A stretch of DNA of 64,000 bases from the human T2T-CHM13v2.0 reference genome, Homo sapiens. The DNA is taken from the NCBI RefSeq assembly GCF_009914755.1, contig NC_060927.1. The stretch is one strand, 5' to 3'. Shown piece after piece: positions 39,969-64,000 of this stretch (positions are counted from its first letter, which is position 1; each line of letters begins with the position of its first letter). The position numbers were made by a program, and so were the translations under genes. Under the pieces are notes generated by a model, which worked only from the letters and a program-made list of their open reading frames with translations, made no database searches and was not told the DNA's origin.

Positions 39969-40997
39969 ATGGGGAGAAACCAGAGCAGAAAAGCTGAAAA
40001 TTCTAAAAATCAGAGCACCTCTTCTCCTCCAAAGGAATGCAGCCCCTTGCCAGCAACGGAGCAAAGCTGGACGGGGAATGCTTCTGACGAGTTGACAGAA
40101 GTAGGCCTCAGACAATCGGTAATAACAAACTTCTCCAAGCTGAAGGAGGATGTTCAAACCCATCGCAAAGAAGCTAAAAACCTTGAAAAAAGATTAGACA
40201 AATGGCTAACTAGAATACACAGCATGGAGAAAACCTTAAATGACCTGATGGAGCTGAAACCCATGGCACGAGAACTACGTGACAAATGCACAAGCTTCAG
40301 TAGCTGATTTGATCAAGTGGAAGAAAGGGTATCAGTGATTGAAGATCAAATTAATAAAGTGAAGCAAGAAGAGAAGTTTAGAAAAAAAAAGAGAGAAAAG
40401 AAACGAACAAAGCCTCCAAGAAATGTGGGACTATGTGAAAAGACCAAATCTACATCTGATTGGCGTACCTGAAAGTGACGGGGAGAATGAAACCAAGTTG
40501 GAAAACACTCTGCAGGATATTATACAGGAGAACTTCCCCAATCTAGCAAGACAGGCCAACATTCAAATTCAGGAAATACAGAGAATGCCACAAAGATACT
40601 CCTTGAGAAGAGCAACTCCATGACACCAATAATTGTCAGATTCACCAAACTTGAAATTAAGGAAAAAATGTTAGGGGCAGCCAGAGAGAAAGGTCAGGTT
40701 ACCCACAAAGGGAAGCCCATCAGACTAACAATGGATCTCTCTGCAGAAACTCTACAAGCCAGAAGAGAGTGGGGGCCAATATTCAACATTCTTAAAGAAA
40801 AGAATTTTCAACCCAGAATTTCATATCCAGCCAAACTAAGCTTCATAAATGAAGGAGAAATAAAATCCTTTACAGACAAGCAAATGCTGAGAGATTCTGT
40901 CACCACCAGGCCTGCCATACAAGAGCTCCTGAAGGAAGCACTAAACATGGAAAAGAACAACCGGTACCAGCCACTGCAAAAACATGTCAAATTATAA
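39969..40997 (+). pseudogene. L1 ORF1 (disrupted)
   Basis: MGRNQSRKAENSKNQS...WDYVKRPNL...ARREWGPIF...YPAKLSF split over three ORFs; stops at 40305 and 40621. Confidence 0.95.
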
Positions 40998-41060
40998 AGA
41001 CCATTGATGCTAGGAAGAAACTGCATCAACTAACAAGCAAAATAACCAGCTAACATCATA

Positions 41061-44900
<3,840 letters not shown>

Positions 44901-47439
44901 AGGGTGGGGAACGTCACACATCAGGGCTTGTCATGGGGTAGGGGGAGCAGGGAGGGATGGCATTAGGAGATATACCTAATGTAAATGACGAGTTAATGGG
45001 TGCAGCACACCAGCATGGCACATGTATACATATGTAACAAACCTGTACATTGTGCACATGTACCCTAGTACTTAAAGTATACTTTAAAAAAAAAAAAGCA
45101 AACTTACTGAATCTTAGTTTATAATTAAAAGCAACACTAAAACAAGTGGATTGTATAGAAGAATGAAAGTTTTAAGTATCAATTCAATATAATTAAATAT
45201 TGTGTAACATATGTTGAATAACCGAAGCAGAGTTCAACAGATTTATATCCGGAATCGTTTTTCTTCTGAATGGCAGTGCTCCTGTCTAGCACCATGGTGT
45301 TCGTGATTCCTTATCAACTTAGTGCCCCCCATGTGAGCAGGCTGAACTGAGTACTTGTGATATGAGGTACAAAACAGGTAGGAAAAAAGACTTTGTTGTG
45401 TATAGCAAAGAAGGAACTGGCATCAGCTTCCTGAGCTCTCAGGCATCTCCCATTCCCAATCTTAAGGAAGGCCTTTCTCCTGGTTCTGGCATTATCCCTG
45501 GGAATGAGTGGGATCAGCAGTGGATGTGACAGTGACTTGTTCCTCCAGTCCCCATCACTGACTTAGGGAGCATCATAAGAGCCAGTGAGTTTGGCTCTTA
45601 GAAATACGTAAGCAGTGAAACCCACTAGTCCCATCTCTTGCACCTAGTTTAGTCTGTTTATAGTGTCAGTCCCTCTCCCCCCATTCTTTCCTGCACCTCC
45701 CCAAAGCCCATCATATCCAAAGTGGGAATCAATTCTCACTGGACATTTATCCCTGAGACTTTCTTGTAAAAAACACATGAGTCCTATTAACAAAACAATT
45801 GTTTAATTTTACTTAGGGAGGCAAAGTTTAATAATAGCATGCAGTAAACTTTTTGCTAATAATTGTTCTTTTTCCCTCTTTTCCCTAATCATGGGGGAAA
45901 ATGTAGTTCATTAGCAAGTTGACCTGCTCTCTTGTTTTTATTCACCAAACAGAACTCTAAAGAATTGATTCAGCTTTGCAGAGGAACAATATTGTATTAA
46001 GACAGCACTATTTCTACAGTTAAACTAGCATGACTAGCTTATAAATCAAAGCAGCACTATTGGCGCCACATATATGTGTTGTGTATTTCTTTTGGCAAAG
46101 TTACAACTTTAAAGAATTGACATTTTGGATCACCATGTGGTAGTTTAGCCATAACAGGTTGCTAATGAGGGAATCAAGGCAGAGGCAGATGTTTCCTTAA
46201 ATGTGAGCTTACATAAGCCACTTTAGTTGGTTCTGGTTTTAAACAATTGCATTTCTTGGGGACCAAGTTGTACACTGGATCTTCCTTCTGAAAATCGATA
46301 CCTCCCCCTCATGAGTGTTGTGCTGTGCAGACAGGAACCTCATGGTGAGGAGAAGTGCAGCTTTGATTGTTGCTGCTCTTTTAATGTCATGCCGAATGGA
46401 ATGGCACTTCGCAATCTCTCAACCACAGCAGTTTCCTCTTCTCATTCAAATCTAAGATACAAGCATTTCCCTAACTACTGTTTGAATCCAAAATGTTTAT
46501 TTGGCAGACTGGTGCAAGTTGAATTCTGGAAGGAAATCTAGTTTTAAAAAATGTCTTAGAACATTATGTTCAGGGTTAAAGTCAAGGACCGTATTTCCCA
46601 CACATGTTGTTTTTCAGGCAATTTTCCTTGAGTTTTTTGCAGAAGAAGCCAGAATGGTGTTTACAGGTGGAAGGGAAATGGTAGCAGCAGACCCAGAGAG
46701 CAAAGAGATCCACACGCATTTCCCTGATAATTATTTTATTCATTTATACTTCTGTCTTACTTCAGAAAGGATTTGAAGTGGCTTACTGATGTAACCACAG
46801 TTCTGCTAGAATAGATAAGGCCAAAGGAAATAAAAGTGGAGAAACAAGAAGAGATCAACTCATGTTACTCTAAACTGAATCACTTGCAGTTCCCACGATT
46901 TGCGAGTCCCATTTTCCTTTCATGTTCTGGGAGTTCAACCAGGAAAGGAACATGTTGAGTCTGGATTGTTGAGGCCGGAGAGTAAGGCACTGGGTTTGAA
47001 GGACAAAATCAACCACACTGGCCTTACTTCCTGACCTTGCTCTCTGGAAGACCCCAGATTTGGATTTTGAAATAACCCGTTACTAGTCGAGATATCTAAT
47101 GTCAGAAGACCACAAAACTGCATCTTTTAGTCCTATTGCATTATTTCTACTCTTGAAATTAGCTCCCTCAACAAGATACATTTTCCTATTTTGTTTTGAG
47201 ATATCTGCTTCTCATTATAGCATCAGCCAGCCACATGTCTTGCATTAGGACCTTTAAGTCAACAAGTAGGAGATTAAAGGGAATTAAATGCAAGCATTTC
47301 AGGTAGGCCCAGGGAATAAGGGCATTAGGTGGCAGGTTACCTGGATGGCGCAGCAGGGTTAAAATTATCCCTATATGATCCTGTTTCATGAACAAAAGAT
47401 GAATGGACTCTCTTAAAAGACTTTATAAGGCCAGTTAAG

Positions 47440-47700
47440 AGCAGAATAGTATAGCATGGTAATCGACACTCTTGATGTCTAATTAATTCATCTGGATTCA
47501 AACTGAAGATTAGCCATTTTTTAGCTGTATGACCTTGAACAAGTGGCTTAACTTCTCAGAGCCTGTTTGCCCATCTATAGGATGGTTATAATAATACCAC
47601 CTATCTCCAGATTGTTATGAAGGTCAAGTAAAATTATGCACATAAAAATTTAGGCATCACCTGACATGTGGTAATCCCTCAGTAAGTGTCAGTGGTTATT
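47440..47700 (+). mobile_element. MIR
   Basis: TAGCTGTATGACCTTGAACAAGTGGCTTAACTTCTCAGAGCCTGTTTGCCCATCT. Confidence 0.75.
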
Positions 47701-48799
47701 GTGTCTAAACCCCTGACCTGTTGTTATTGTAACTCTGCATCTTCATTGTTTAAGGAACTGAGTGACTATTAGGAGGAATTAAATTCCCTGTCAGTCTGCT
47801 GGGACATAATTTGGAGATGGATAAGGACCCCAAAGCACTAATGGCTACATGGTCTCTGGGCTAGTTTTTTTTTTTTTTCCACTTGTTCAATGAAGGGATG
47901 GGAATTGAGGACCTATAAAGTTCATTCTCATGTGAAAATTATCTCTGGGTGAAATGGTGCTTCTTTGTTTGTCCAGAGATACATGTTTCCTCTGAGAAGG
48001 GCCTAAATTGCATTGCAAAATGAAGAGATTCAAGGGCTGTAGTGCAGTTACTTCTTCACAAAGCATTAGCCCAGAGTGTCCTCCCACCCAGGGCTTTTCA
48101 ATCCTTGAATGAGCATGTAAAGGCACCCCTAGGTCTTAGAGAATCAGGGCCTCATGTTTTAGAGCCCTAAGTTACTGAGTGTGGGCTGTGACTTAGAATC
48201 ACTGTGTAGGAATGTGAAAGAAAATCTGCCAGCCCATTCTTGGCCAAGATGCTGGATTTGGAAGCCAAGATTCACTTGACTTGCAGACAGTTTCTGTGTT
48301 ATAGAGCAGTAGAATTATAGATGATTGATTTTTTCAATTTAGTTTTATATTTTCAAGTTCTCATACATCGGTATTATGAGAGAACATACACATAAGACAA
48401 AGCAACAGTAAATAAAATTATGTGCAAATAATTCAGTAAGCTCATGTACGAGAAGGGGCTCATATCATCTAGATGTTATAGAAACGTAAACAGAAAAGGC
48501 ACATACTTTGGATTACAAAGGGTCTGGATTTGGATCCGGTATCAGCACTTTCCGGGTGACCCAGTACCAGGGTATATGGTCTTGTTTTCTGTAAAATGGG
48601 CAATGCTTACCTGATTTGGCAGCTGTGCAGATTAAATGAGATGATGTGAGTGAACAGCCGGCAAAGTCAGTTGCTGTTTCTTCTCCCTGTTGGGGGAATA
48701 TTTGATGGTGTGAGAAATGAGCTATGAACAACTCATCAAGACTGATATTTAAGTGAGGATAACTCACTTTATTGTCAGTTAAGCCTATCTAATCTCTTT

Positions 48800-48960
48800 T
48801 TTCTCATCCATCCATCCATCATCTCATTTATTCATGCATACATGCATGCATTCATTCACTTACTACTTCATCCCTGTTATATTGCATGTCCTACAGTGTG
48901 CAAGATGCTATTGATGCAGAGATGAATGAAATAGGTGACTTTGTTTGGAACTTGTGAATT
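48800..48960. mobile_element. L2 3' end fragment
   Basis: CATTCATTCA repeats followed by ...ATGTCCTACAGTGTGCAAGA...GCAGAGATGAATGAAA. Confidence 0.5.
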
Positions 48961-50326
48961 CATATGCAAATGCAGGGATGACCCCCTGCTTCTTAAGCAC
49001 TATCTTGTGTGTTGCTATTTAAACATAATACTATGATCACAGTAAAAACATAAAGCTTAGTACTTGAGTTAAAGATGCCAGAAAGTTGATATTCTACATG
49101 TCCAAAGTTGAAAATTTATGTATATCTGAACATGTGTATATTTATATTTCTAATAATCATATATCTGTCTTAAAAGTAAAAGCAATATTTTTCATGTGAT
49201 TTCTCTCATTTGCTCATTGTTTACAGCTTATTTTACTAGTATAGTGACATATTCATATTATATGTTAGAAATCTACATTTGCAAAGATCAGCTAAGTTTA
49301 CGTTTCAGATTGAGAATAGCCCGGAAGGATTGTGTCTAGCCAATTACATTTTTATTCTTAATTTTAAAACTCAGTATTAAAATAGTTCACTGTCTTCTAT
49401 TTTCTGTATACTATCTGGGGCAGTATGTGGTGCTGAGTGACTTAATATTTTAGATTTCTTTTTCAGCTGTACATTTAAATTCCTTTCTTATTTTAGTGCC
49501 TGACAGTTCACCCAAGAATGTCACCTGATGCATTTAAAATGGGAAAATATTTATTTTCATCTTCTTTATCTTTCTTTTCTTTAATTTTTAGCCCTTAATT
49601 ACCATTATGAGCGACTTGGATTCTATTTTGTTTCAATTCAGAAAAAAAACTTTGCTTTCTACTACTTCCAAAGTATTTTAAGCACTATGAAGAGTTTTAA
49701 ATGGTATACATGATAATATAGCAGGTAAGAAGTTGCTGGCATGAGTTTCAAACCAAGAGACAGTAAGATGTTGTGCAATGGACCACTGATAAAGAGGTGG
49801 CAGCATAGGGCTCCTCACAATTGTGTTTGTTATTAGAGCCTGAACGTGAGAAGAAATCACTTCTCTGCTCTCTAAGAGCCTTCTCTATTAGTTATTAGGT
49901 TACTATAGATAAATTCTTAACACCTATCCAAGGTCTTTATTCTTCCCTTTCAAAATTGGGTAAAGGTTGATTTTTGTCCATGGCAAAGTCTTGTTTCGAT
50001 GTTAAACTCATTGCAGAATCACTCTGAGGCCTGGCTGCAGTGCTGTTTATAAAATCCTTGCTTCAGGGTCAGGCTGCAAGTAAAACATTATTTAGAAGAG
50101 CTTTTGGCCTTTCACAAAATTGTCATGAACCTTTGAAGAAGAACTTGGAATTATATACTGCTTTGAAGCATACTGCAGTAGAATTTCATAGTCATTTTTA
50201 TGGGCCATGACAATTTTTGAAGATGCTTAAAACTTTTCTTATAATCTTCATTTAATATGTGTATTCATCTGATCATTATAACTGCTTGGAGAATCAATGG
50301 AAGTATAAATATATTGGGTCATTTTG

Positions 50327-50450
50327 ATACAGACATTTTCTAGTTTTGAAAGGAAACTAGAAATCCACTGGAAGACCCCAGATTTGGATTTTGAAATAAC
50401 CCGTTACCTGGATGGTGCAGCAGAGTTAAAATTATCCCTATACAGGCATT
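50327..50450. other. Composite locally templated insertion
   Basis: 50368-50442 copies 47044-47083 joined to 47336-47375. Flanked by an 11-bp direct repeat ATACAG(A/G)CATT and contains a 10-bp hairpin. Confidence 0.85.
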
Positions 50451-50928
50451 AAGTAATAGTTTGATAAAGTATTTAATGTACAAGTATAGAGCAGTAATAA
50501 TTCTTTATAATTTTTTCTCCATGTCTTTCCATAAATTTTCACAAATGCATACAGTGCATTTGTGAACATGTTACATATTAAACTGATTAGTATTGCGACC
50601 CAATTGGATTTTACCTTCTTTATGTACATATCTGTAGATCCCCAAAGCCTCCAAGTGTACTGATTTGGATGATTTTATATACATTCCTTAAGACCATTTT
50701 CTGGTAGCCATGTAACTCTGAATTGCATTAAAAGAAAAAATAAAGCATTTTATAGAACTAAGTGTGATTTTTCTCAATTTAAACTCTACATTCTCCCTAT
50801 TTGGAGCTACTTAATGATTTGCTGTGTCATTTCCACACCTGAGTCAGTACAGCTTTATTTTTTTACTTAATTATAGCAATTAAGAATATATTTAAAATCT
50901 CAACTCTTTGATCTTCCTAGTAGATATT

Positions 50929-51261
50929 TTTATTGGTCAGGGTCAGTTAGAGAACCTGTAGGAGATATATATTAGGAGATTTATTGCAAGGAATTGGCTT
51001 ATGTAATTTTGGGGACTGACTAGGCTTGACCATAATCCATGAGTCAGGTCATCAGAAAGGGCAGGCTGGAACCCTCAGGCATGAACTTCCACTGACTTAA
51101 TCAGGCTTGTTGGGATTATCTAGGATAAGTCCTCTTACTTAAAATCAACTGATTATGGGTTTTAATCACACCCACAAAATACCTTCACAGCTACACCTAG
51201 ATTAACAAATACCTGGGGAGTGTAGCCTAGCCAGGTTCACACATAAAATTGACAATCACAA
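50929..51261. mobile_element. MLT2 (ERVL) LTR, internally deleted
   Basis: GAGATTTATTGCAAGGAATTGGCTTATG...CTAGCCAGGTTCACACATAAAATTGACAATCACA. Confidence 0.8.
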
Positions 51262-51884
51262 AATTTAAATGAAAAATATTTCAAATTTAGCAAAATAATA
51301 TACATTTCTGCATAATTGTATATGTTTGATATCAGTTGAAACTAGTTGTTCCTTTTGTGGTTGCAATGAAATACACATTGTGAAAGTGAATGTTTAAGTC
51401 CTTATAATCTTGGGCCAGGAAAGGCCATTAGCAAAATGATGTGGGTGGCTGCCCCTGAGCTTCTGTCCCTGTAGCTAAGGCAGACAGGTGGCTACTCCAA
51501 GATCTCGAGGTAAGTACACCCCAGCCTGTTCTGTCTTCTCTCTTGCCTCTCAGAACTAGGCTTTCTGAAGGGCTCTGTCCAATAAGTACAGAGGGATTTC
51601 CTTGGCTGTTTAGAGTGTATCTATTGCCAAATCATTATCAAAAACAGGCAGGCCTAAGCCCAGAAGCTTTGGAAGGCAAGGGAGGGCACCCTGAGTTTTA
51701 CCAAGAACACTGAAGATATTAAAGGAGAGGTTCTCCAATGGTTACCAGAAAACAGGTTACAGATAATACGCATTTGAAAATTCTGAATGACCACTATATT
51801 TTCTTGCTTCTGCTCCAACTTCAAGAATAATAGTTTCTTAAAGGCACAGATTATATATCCTCAGAGCATGTCTTAGTGAATAGC

Positions 51885-52380
51885 ATAGATATTAGTGTTC
51901 CAGCAGGAAATAGTACACCCAAATTAGGATAAGGTGTGGAGGGGTAAACCAAAAGTTTTGTTTAAAAAGGTGTGAGCCAGCTCTAGAGAAACCTGAAATG
52001 ATAGTGTAGTACCCTGTAGCCATTATTATCCTCAGTTGGGGGCAGGGGGTGGGTAGGGAACGGAGAGATTACTGAAAGCATAAAGAGAATGCCGAGGACG
52101 GAGAGTTGCCCTCATAGGTGCCGTGGCCTTTGCCGAAGCAATGTAATTAGTCCTCTGGAGACGGAACCAAGGGGGAAGAAATACGGTACCCTGATTGTGA
52201 AAATCCACCTCACTCTCTCCCTCTAGTCACCTGCCAGGGTTTCCAAATGGCTGAACCCACCACATATCAGAGGGCCAAGGGCCCACCAATGTGATCCCTT
52301 GAAATTAGCCACCTGAGGGCACAATGGAGAGTGGACCCAGAAGGGCACACAGGAGATAGAATGCCCTTCACTCACATTAT
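51885..52380. mobile_element. Probable old ERVL-class LTR
   Basis: CCAGCAGGAAATAGTACACCCAAATT...TTCCAAATGGCTGAACCCA...GGAGAGTGGA pattern recalled from LTR33/LTR41-type elements. Confidence 0.45.
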
Positions 52381-52389
52381 ACAGCAGCT

Positions 52390-52513
52390 CCAAGCATGTG
52401 AACCTGAACAAGCTATGTCATTTCTCTGAGCCTCAGTTTTCTCACCTTAAAATAATGTAACCATAGTTATCTGGCAGGGTTATTTAGGGGCAGACAGTAT
52501 ATGTAAATGTAAA
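52390..52513 (+). mobile_element. MIR fragment
   Basis: TCTCTGAGCCTCAGTTTTCTCA. Confidence 0.65.
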
Positions 52514-52521
52514 TTACTCTT

Positions 52522-55515
<2,994 letters not shown>

Positions 55516-56254
55516 TTACTCTTAACAATAGATGGAGCTTCACACAGTGGCAATTGTTGTAGCCAATGAGGTTTATCTGAAGCACAATTATTGCTGATTG
55601 AAAACTTTTCCCAGTACCCTGCTGTGATGACTTTAAATATAGTTGGCATTGGCAGTTTTTGATAGTCTCCAAAGAGACTAAATTAAAAAAAATACAATAG
55701 ATAGCATTCAATATAATAACTGCTACTGTTATTATAATTGTCACAACTGCTGTTACCTCAACTAATTCATAAAATAGATATGAAGTTCATTTCATAACAG
55801 GGAAATAGATAAGAGATTGAAGAAGCATTTTGAACTGTGTTAGAATAACTGTAGCATCTTACATATGTGTATGTGTGTGTGTGTTAACCTAAACTCTGAT
55901 AATAAGACAAAGCCCCCCATCTCCTTTCGATGCTCTTAGTGATCATACATTTCTACTTTTCCCCACTTATTTGCCAGACATAAAAACAAAATTAGTAAAC
56001 TACCCCAGTTTGAATTCCATTTCCCTCCAACCTACCTCATGGTGGAGAATTTAATGACAGAAAATGGCCAAAATATTTGAGATCAGTGGGGAGAAATTGT
56101 GACTAATGCACATTGTTTGACTTCATAATTACTACAATGTGATTCCATAAAAATTGTATTAGGTGGATAATAACATTGTGAGTAGTAATTGTGTCTACAT
56201 GTGTAATTTCTTTTCTCTACAGTATTTAGGATTATAAGGGAGGATTTATAGATA

Positions 56255-56820
56255 TGTAGGGAAAAAAGTAATTTTTTGCTTAACCCTCATATGTTCTTAG
56301 TTGAAACAGACACTTGTAACAACAGCAACAACAACAAAAAAGCAGATTAACGAGGGAAAAACAGAAGTTTTGTTAACATGTATATTTCATACATACGTGG
56401 GAGATACCTAGAGAAGGAGTAACTATCAAAGAGGTGACTCTGAATTGCACTTTATATAACATCTTCAAAAAGAACAGTAAATTTTTAGAGAAGTGACAAA
56501 ACAAAGTACTTTGAGTCTCCAGCGGCAGCAACTTGTGGGAAGGCAAATAAAGGCTAGTTAGTAAAGCTTGTTAATGTAGATTCCTCTGGTGCCATCTCCA
56601 GGTCCATAAGGGTCTAAAGTTGTTTTCATTGGTTACCCTTTGTTCTTCTTGGTAGAAAAGGGAGATGAGATATATTATGTTTTTGTAAATTTATGTCCTG
56701 ATTTTAGGCAAATAGAGGGAGGGCAGAGAGCTCTCAGGTATCTGCTTCTTTCTTGCCTTCAGCTCAACAATGCTCCTGTCAAAAAGGTGTATTGGGGGTG
56801 GCATATTATGACCTCTCACA
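56255..56820 (-). mobile_element. Solo LTR, MER34-like (ERV1)
   Basis: TG...CA termini. Reverse complement starts TGTGAGAGGTCATAATATGCCACCCCCAATAC. Flanks GATA/GTTA. Confidence 0.78.
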
Positions 56821-58481
56821 GTTACAATAGTATAGATAATAGATAGTGTATATATTGATAGTCTAGATTACTGTGCTTTACTTATAAGTACAATTTAGAT
56901 CATAAATCAAATAGAAAACCAGATGGAAGCATTTTAAAAATTCATCTTGGAGAAGGTTCAAAAGGTATCTGTTGTCCTTGCACAAAAGAAATCTGTACCT
57001 TCAAGGTCCTGGGAACACTAGCAATAGCACACTGATTTGGCATAAGCTGACCATGTGCTAATTGGGAACAGGACTCCTTAGAGATCACCAAGAAATCACC
57101 TCATTATTCAGCCTTGGTCACATAATTAAATTTGAGTCTAATGCTCTAATCTTTAGATGATTTTGAATTAAATTCTTATTTATTCCTTATGACAAGCACT
57201 CCGTTCTGTCTTCGTGGATGAGACTCCCAGCTGGGAATAAAACCAGGTTGGAGGTTTTGTTACAGTTTATCATATTATACCTATGAATGATTCATGTGCC
57301 ATCTGTTGACCATAAATCCAGTTAAGGAATTCTAATATATGTACTATTTCTACTTCCTAGAATAAAGCAAAATTGGCATTTACAACATTCCTGAGCAATA
57401 AAATGCCAGTAAAATTATAATTGACGCTTATGGTTCTTTGCTATTCCTAAGCATTAATCACCTTAAAACACAGTATGTGGTATCTGTATTTCCATGACTA
57501 TTAGCTACAAAATGTTGGCAACATGTTAAACTTCAATTACTTTTTATAATATCTTATATTCACATGAGCAATATTTAATGACTCACAAAGACATTCTGGA
57601 ATAAATACAGATATTCACCCTGGAATTTTCTCTTTCAGTGGGAATAATTATTAACAACACTGGTTTCTTCTCTGAGGTAGTAATTTTTGGTAGTTTAGTT
57701 CTTATTCAGAGTGCACTGACAATGTGATTATTATTAGTACCTCTGTCTTTCCCAGCATGCAATTATTTGCATATTAATTTAACTTTGTTTTTGGGTGAAA
57801 ATAGCACCATATAAGCAGAGGGATATGATTTTAAAGTATCAGTGACATGAAATAATTTTAACGTGGAACTAAACTTTGTTATGATTCTAAATTTACTTTT
57901 AAAAATAATAAACATTGCTTTTTAAGACTACAGATTATGCTGCACAAAATAAGGAAATAAATGTAGTCTAAAAAGTATCAAACCCCAATCCTATTTCTGT
58001 TATTTCGACATTTTGTATTTGAATATTCACTCTCAGTATTTTTTGACATAGGGACATGTTCTGATTATGCTTCGGCAGATTAAAACGGTAACACATGGGA
58101 AGCTCACACAGATGGACTGGGAAATAGAAACAGGTGTTGCACTCACCTGCCATTTGTTTTTTTTCCCCCTTTCAATTTTTTTCTTCTAAAATGAGAGAAT
58201 GGGTCCTTCTTTCCATAGTGGCAGTGAAGCTAGGGTACATTGACGGGCTTCTTCTTTGGACCAAAAAATAGTCCATGCCCTGCAAGTCTTGATTTTATCT
58301 CTCGGTGCAGCTGATGAGTAATGTGACTCTTTATCATACTGTCTTTGTGTTTTGGAAGTAGAAATAATAAAATGCATGTGTAGTAAGACTAATTTGCTAA
58401 ATAAATAGAGAATGTATATATGTGTGTTCATATTGATTTTTAAAAGATCTGGAGGGAATATTCATATATATTAGAAATAAT

Positions 58482-62463
<3,982 letters not shown>

Positions 62464-64000
62464 TTATTCTGTGTGTTTTTTTCTCTTTTTTACTTTATAT
62501 TCTAAATTTCCTTTAATTATAAAAGGTTTATTTTAAAAAAAAACGGTGATAATAAGTAAGCAAAACTGCCCACTTCCCTCCTCACGTTATCCACTAAGGA
62601 ATGCCTCCAAAGAAAACACTATAGACGTGAGAGAGGAAGTGTGCATTAAGGGGGAGTCCATGCTGAGGACTAGAAGGAAATGAGGGGGCCAAGTCTTCAG
62701 GCCAGGCTCAGGCTTAGTCAGCACACTCAGAGCAGATCTCTTGGGAGAAAATGGGGTGGATTCACCTGAATCAGCTTCCAGAAACTGACAAGAAATTCAC
62801 ATGCCCCCCAGTTGACGATGGAATTGTTACCGCCTTTGGACAAGGATGCTTTTGTTGATATGACCAGTGTATTCTCTGATGCATTCCCAACCTGATGTTT
62901 GTTCAGTTCCTGCAGAGCCAGGCAAAACTCACTCCGACTGCCTTTGGCATCCACCTCCACAGGATGGATGTACTGTCTCTATTAAAAGTGCTTGGCATGG
63001 TAACTTTGGGTTAAAGACAATTAGGTGGAAACTAGTCTTGTGAAATGGAGATCTCCATAAAACTTGAGAGGGTAGAACAAACAAGGAGCAAATATAGAGA
63101 GTCAAATCCATAAACCTTGAGGCCATTTAATTTCTAGATCAACATTTATTCTTCTATCCTATGTACCTTCTGCCCTCCTCCTTTGTAATTTCTTCAGACC
63201 CAACCTTCCAGGCCCCTCATGTAAAAATATTTCTCTGCTTTTCCTGAGATGGTCAGTGCTGGTCACCACCTTGCAATATAAGGGTCAGCTTTCCCCCGCT
63301 TTGGGTTTGTACAAGAAATCATTCATTTATCAATGTCTGTGGAGCCCCTATTATATATGTCTGAGGTCCTGGTTAGGGTAAATGTCATCACATATCCATA
63401 CAAATAACATCCATTTATCAACAAAAAAAAAGACTTTCCAACCCTCATCTCAACAGGACACCTGATATACGAATTTACTGTGTAGTTAGAACTGCCATCT
63501 TTAGCCCTTCTAATGTGGTTCTAGACCCAGACGTGGTATCATGTTGCTACTGATGAGGGCTAGTCTTAACTGATGCCCTTGAATTGAGACTGGGGTGACA
63601 TATAATGCATTCATAGAAATTAGCAATGGCTATCCTAGTCCTCAAGAGAAATTTAGATAAGCTGTATTTTGTGCATTGATATGTATCAGACTCCTGTGAC
63701 ACTGGAAGTTTTATTTTGCCTGGATAAGGTTACTGAACAAGTAGCATCTCAGTTTGAGACACTAAGATTGCCAGTGGGTGACGAGCACTGTGGACATGAG
63801 CCATCTGTGCTGTGGAGTGTGGCTAGTGTCTCCCATAGCAGTCTCTCTTGTCTGCCTGTCATTAGGTGACCTTGAGGCTGTGCAAAGTGAGTTATGCAGC
63901 CTCTCCCTGATTAAATGCATCCTGTCTCTCTCACATTGTAAAAATAATTGTGGACTTTATGTTCCACCCAGGATTATAATTCCTCAATGCCATATGTTTG

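Noticed and set aside
47079-47340. Minus-strand intron (CCAG|GTAACC...CTAG) explaining the 50.4-kb copy
   Set aside because: Splicing would give CCAGTAACGGG, but the copy reads CCAGGTAACGGG, one base off.

Overview
Primate (catarrhine/hominoid, probably human-like) nuclear DNA, AT-rich and dominated by transposable elements. I can support no protein-coding gene, structural RNA gene or CRISPR array. Every long ORF in the track is LINE-1 ORF1/ORF2 debris, Alu-derived or a chance ORF. Main contents: (1) the 3' part of a class I (ERV1/MER4-group-like) provirus (integrase, env, 3' LTR) with very heavy G-to-A hypermutation; (2) a near full-length ancient L1M with a younger twin-primed L1 inside it; (3) a full-length inactive L1PA (38966-45097) and a 5'-truncated L1PA (58482-62463) that share apparently private mutations; (4) Alus, solo LTRs, MER5/MER58 DNA transposons, and MIR/L2/CR1 fragments. 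The most unusual structures are a composite templated insertion at 50327-50450, apparent gene conversion between the two L1PAs, and the APOBEC3-like hypermutated ERV. I see no convincing new biological system. Subfamily names and consensus comparisons come from recall and need a Dfam/RepeatMasker check.
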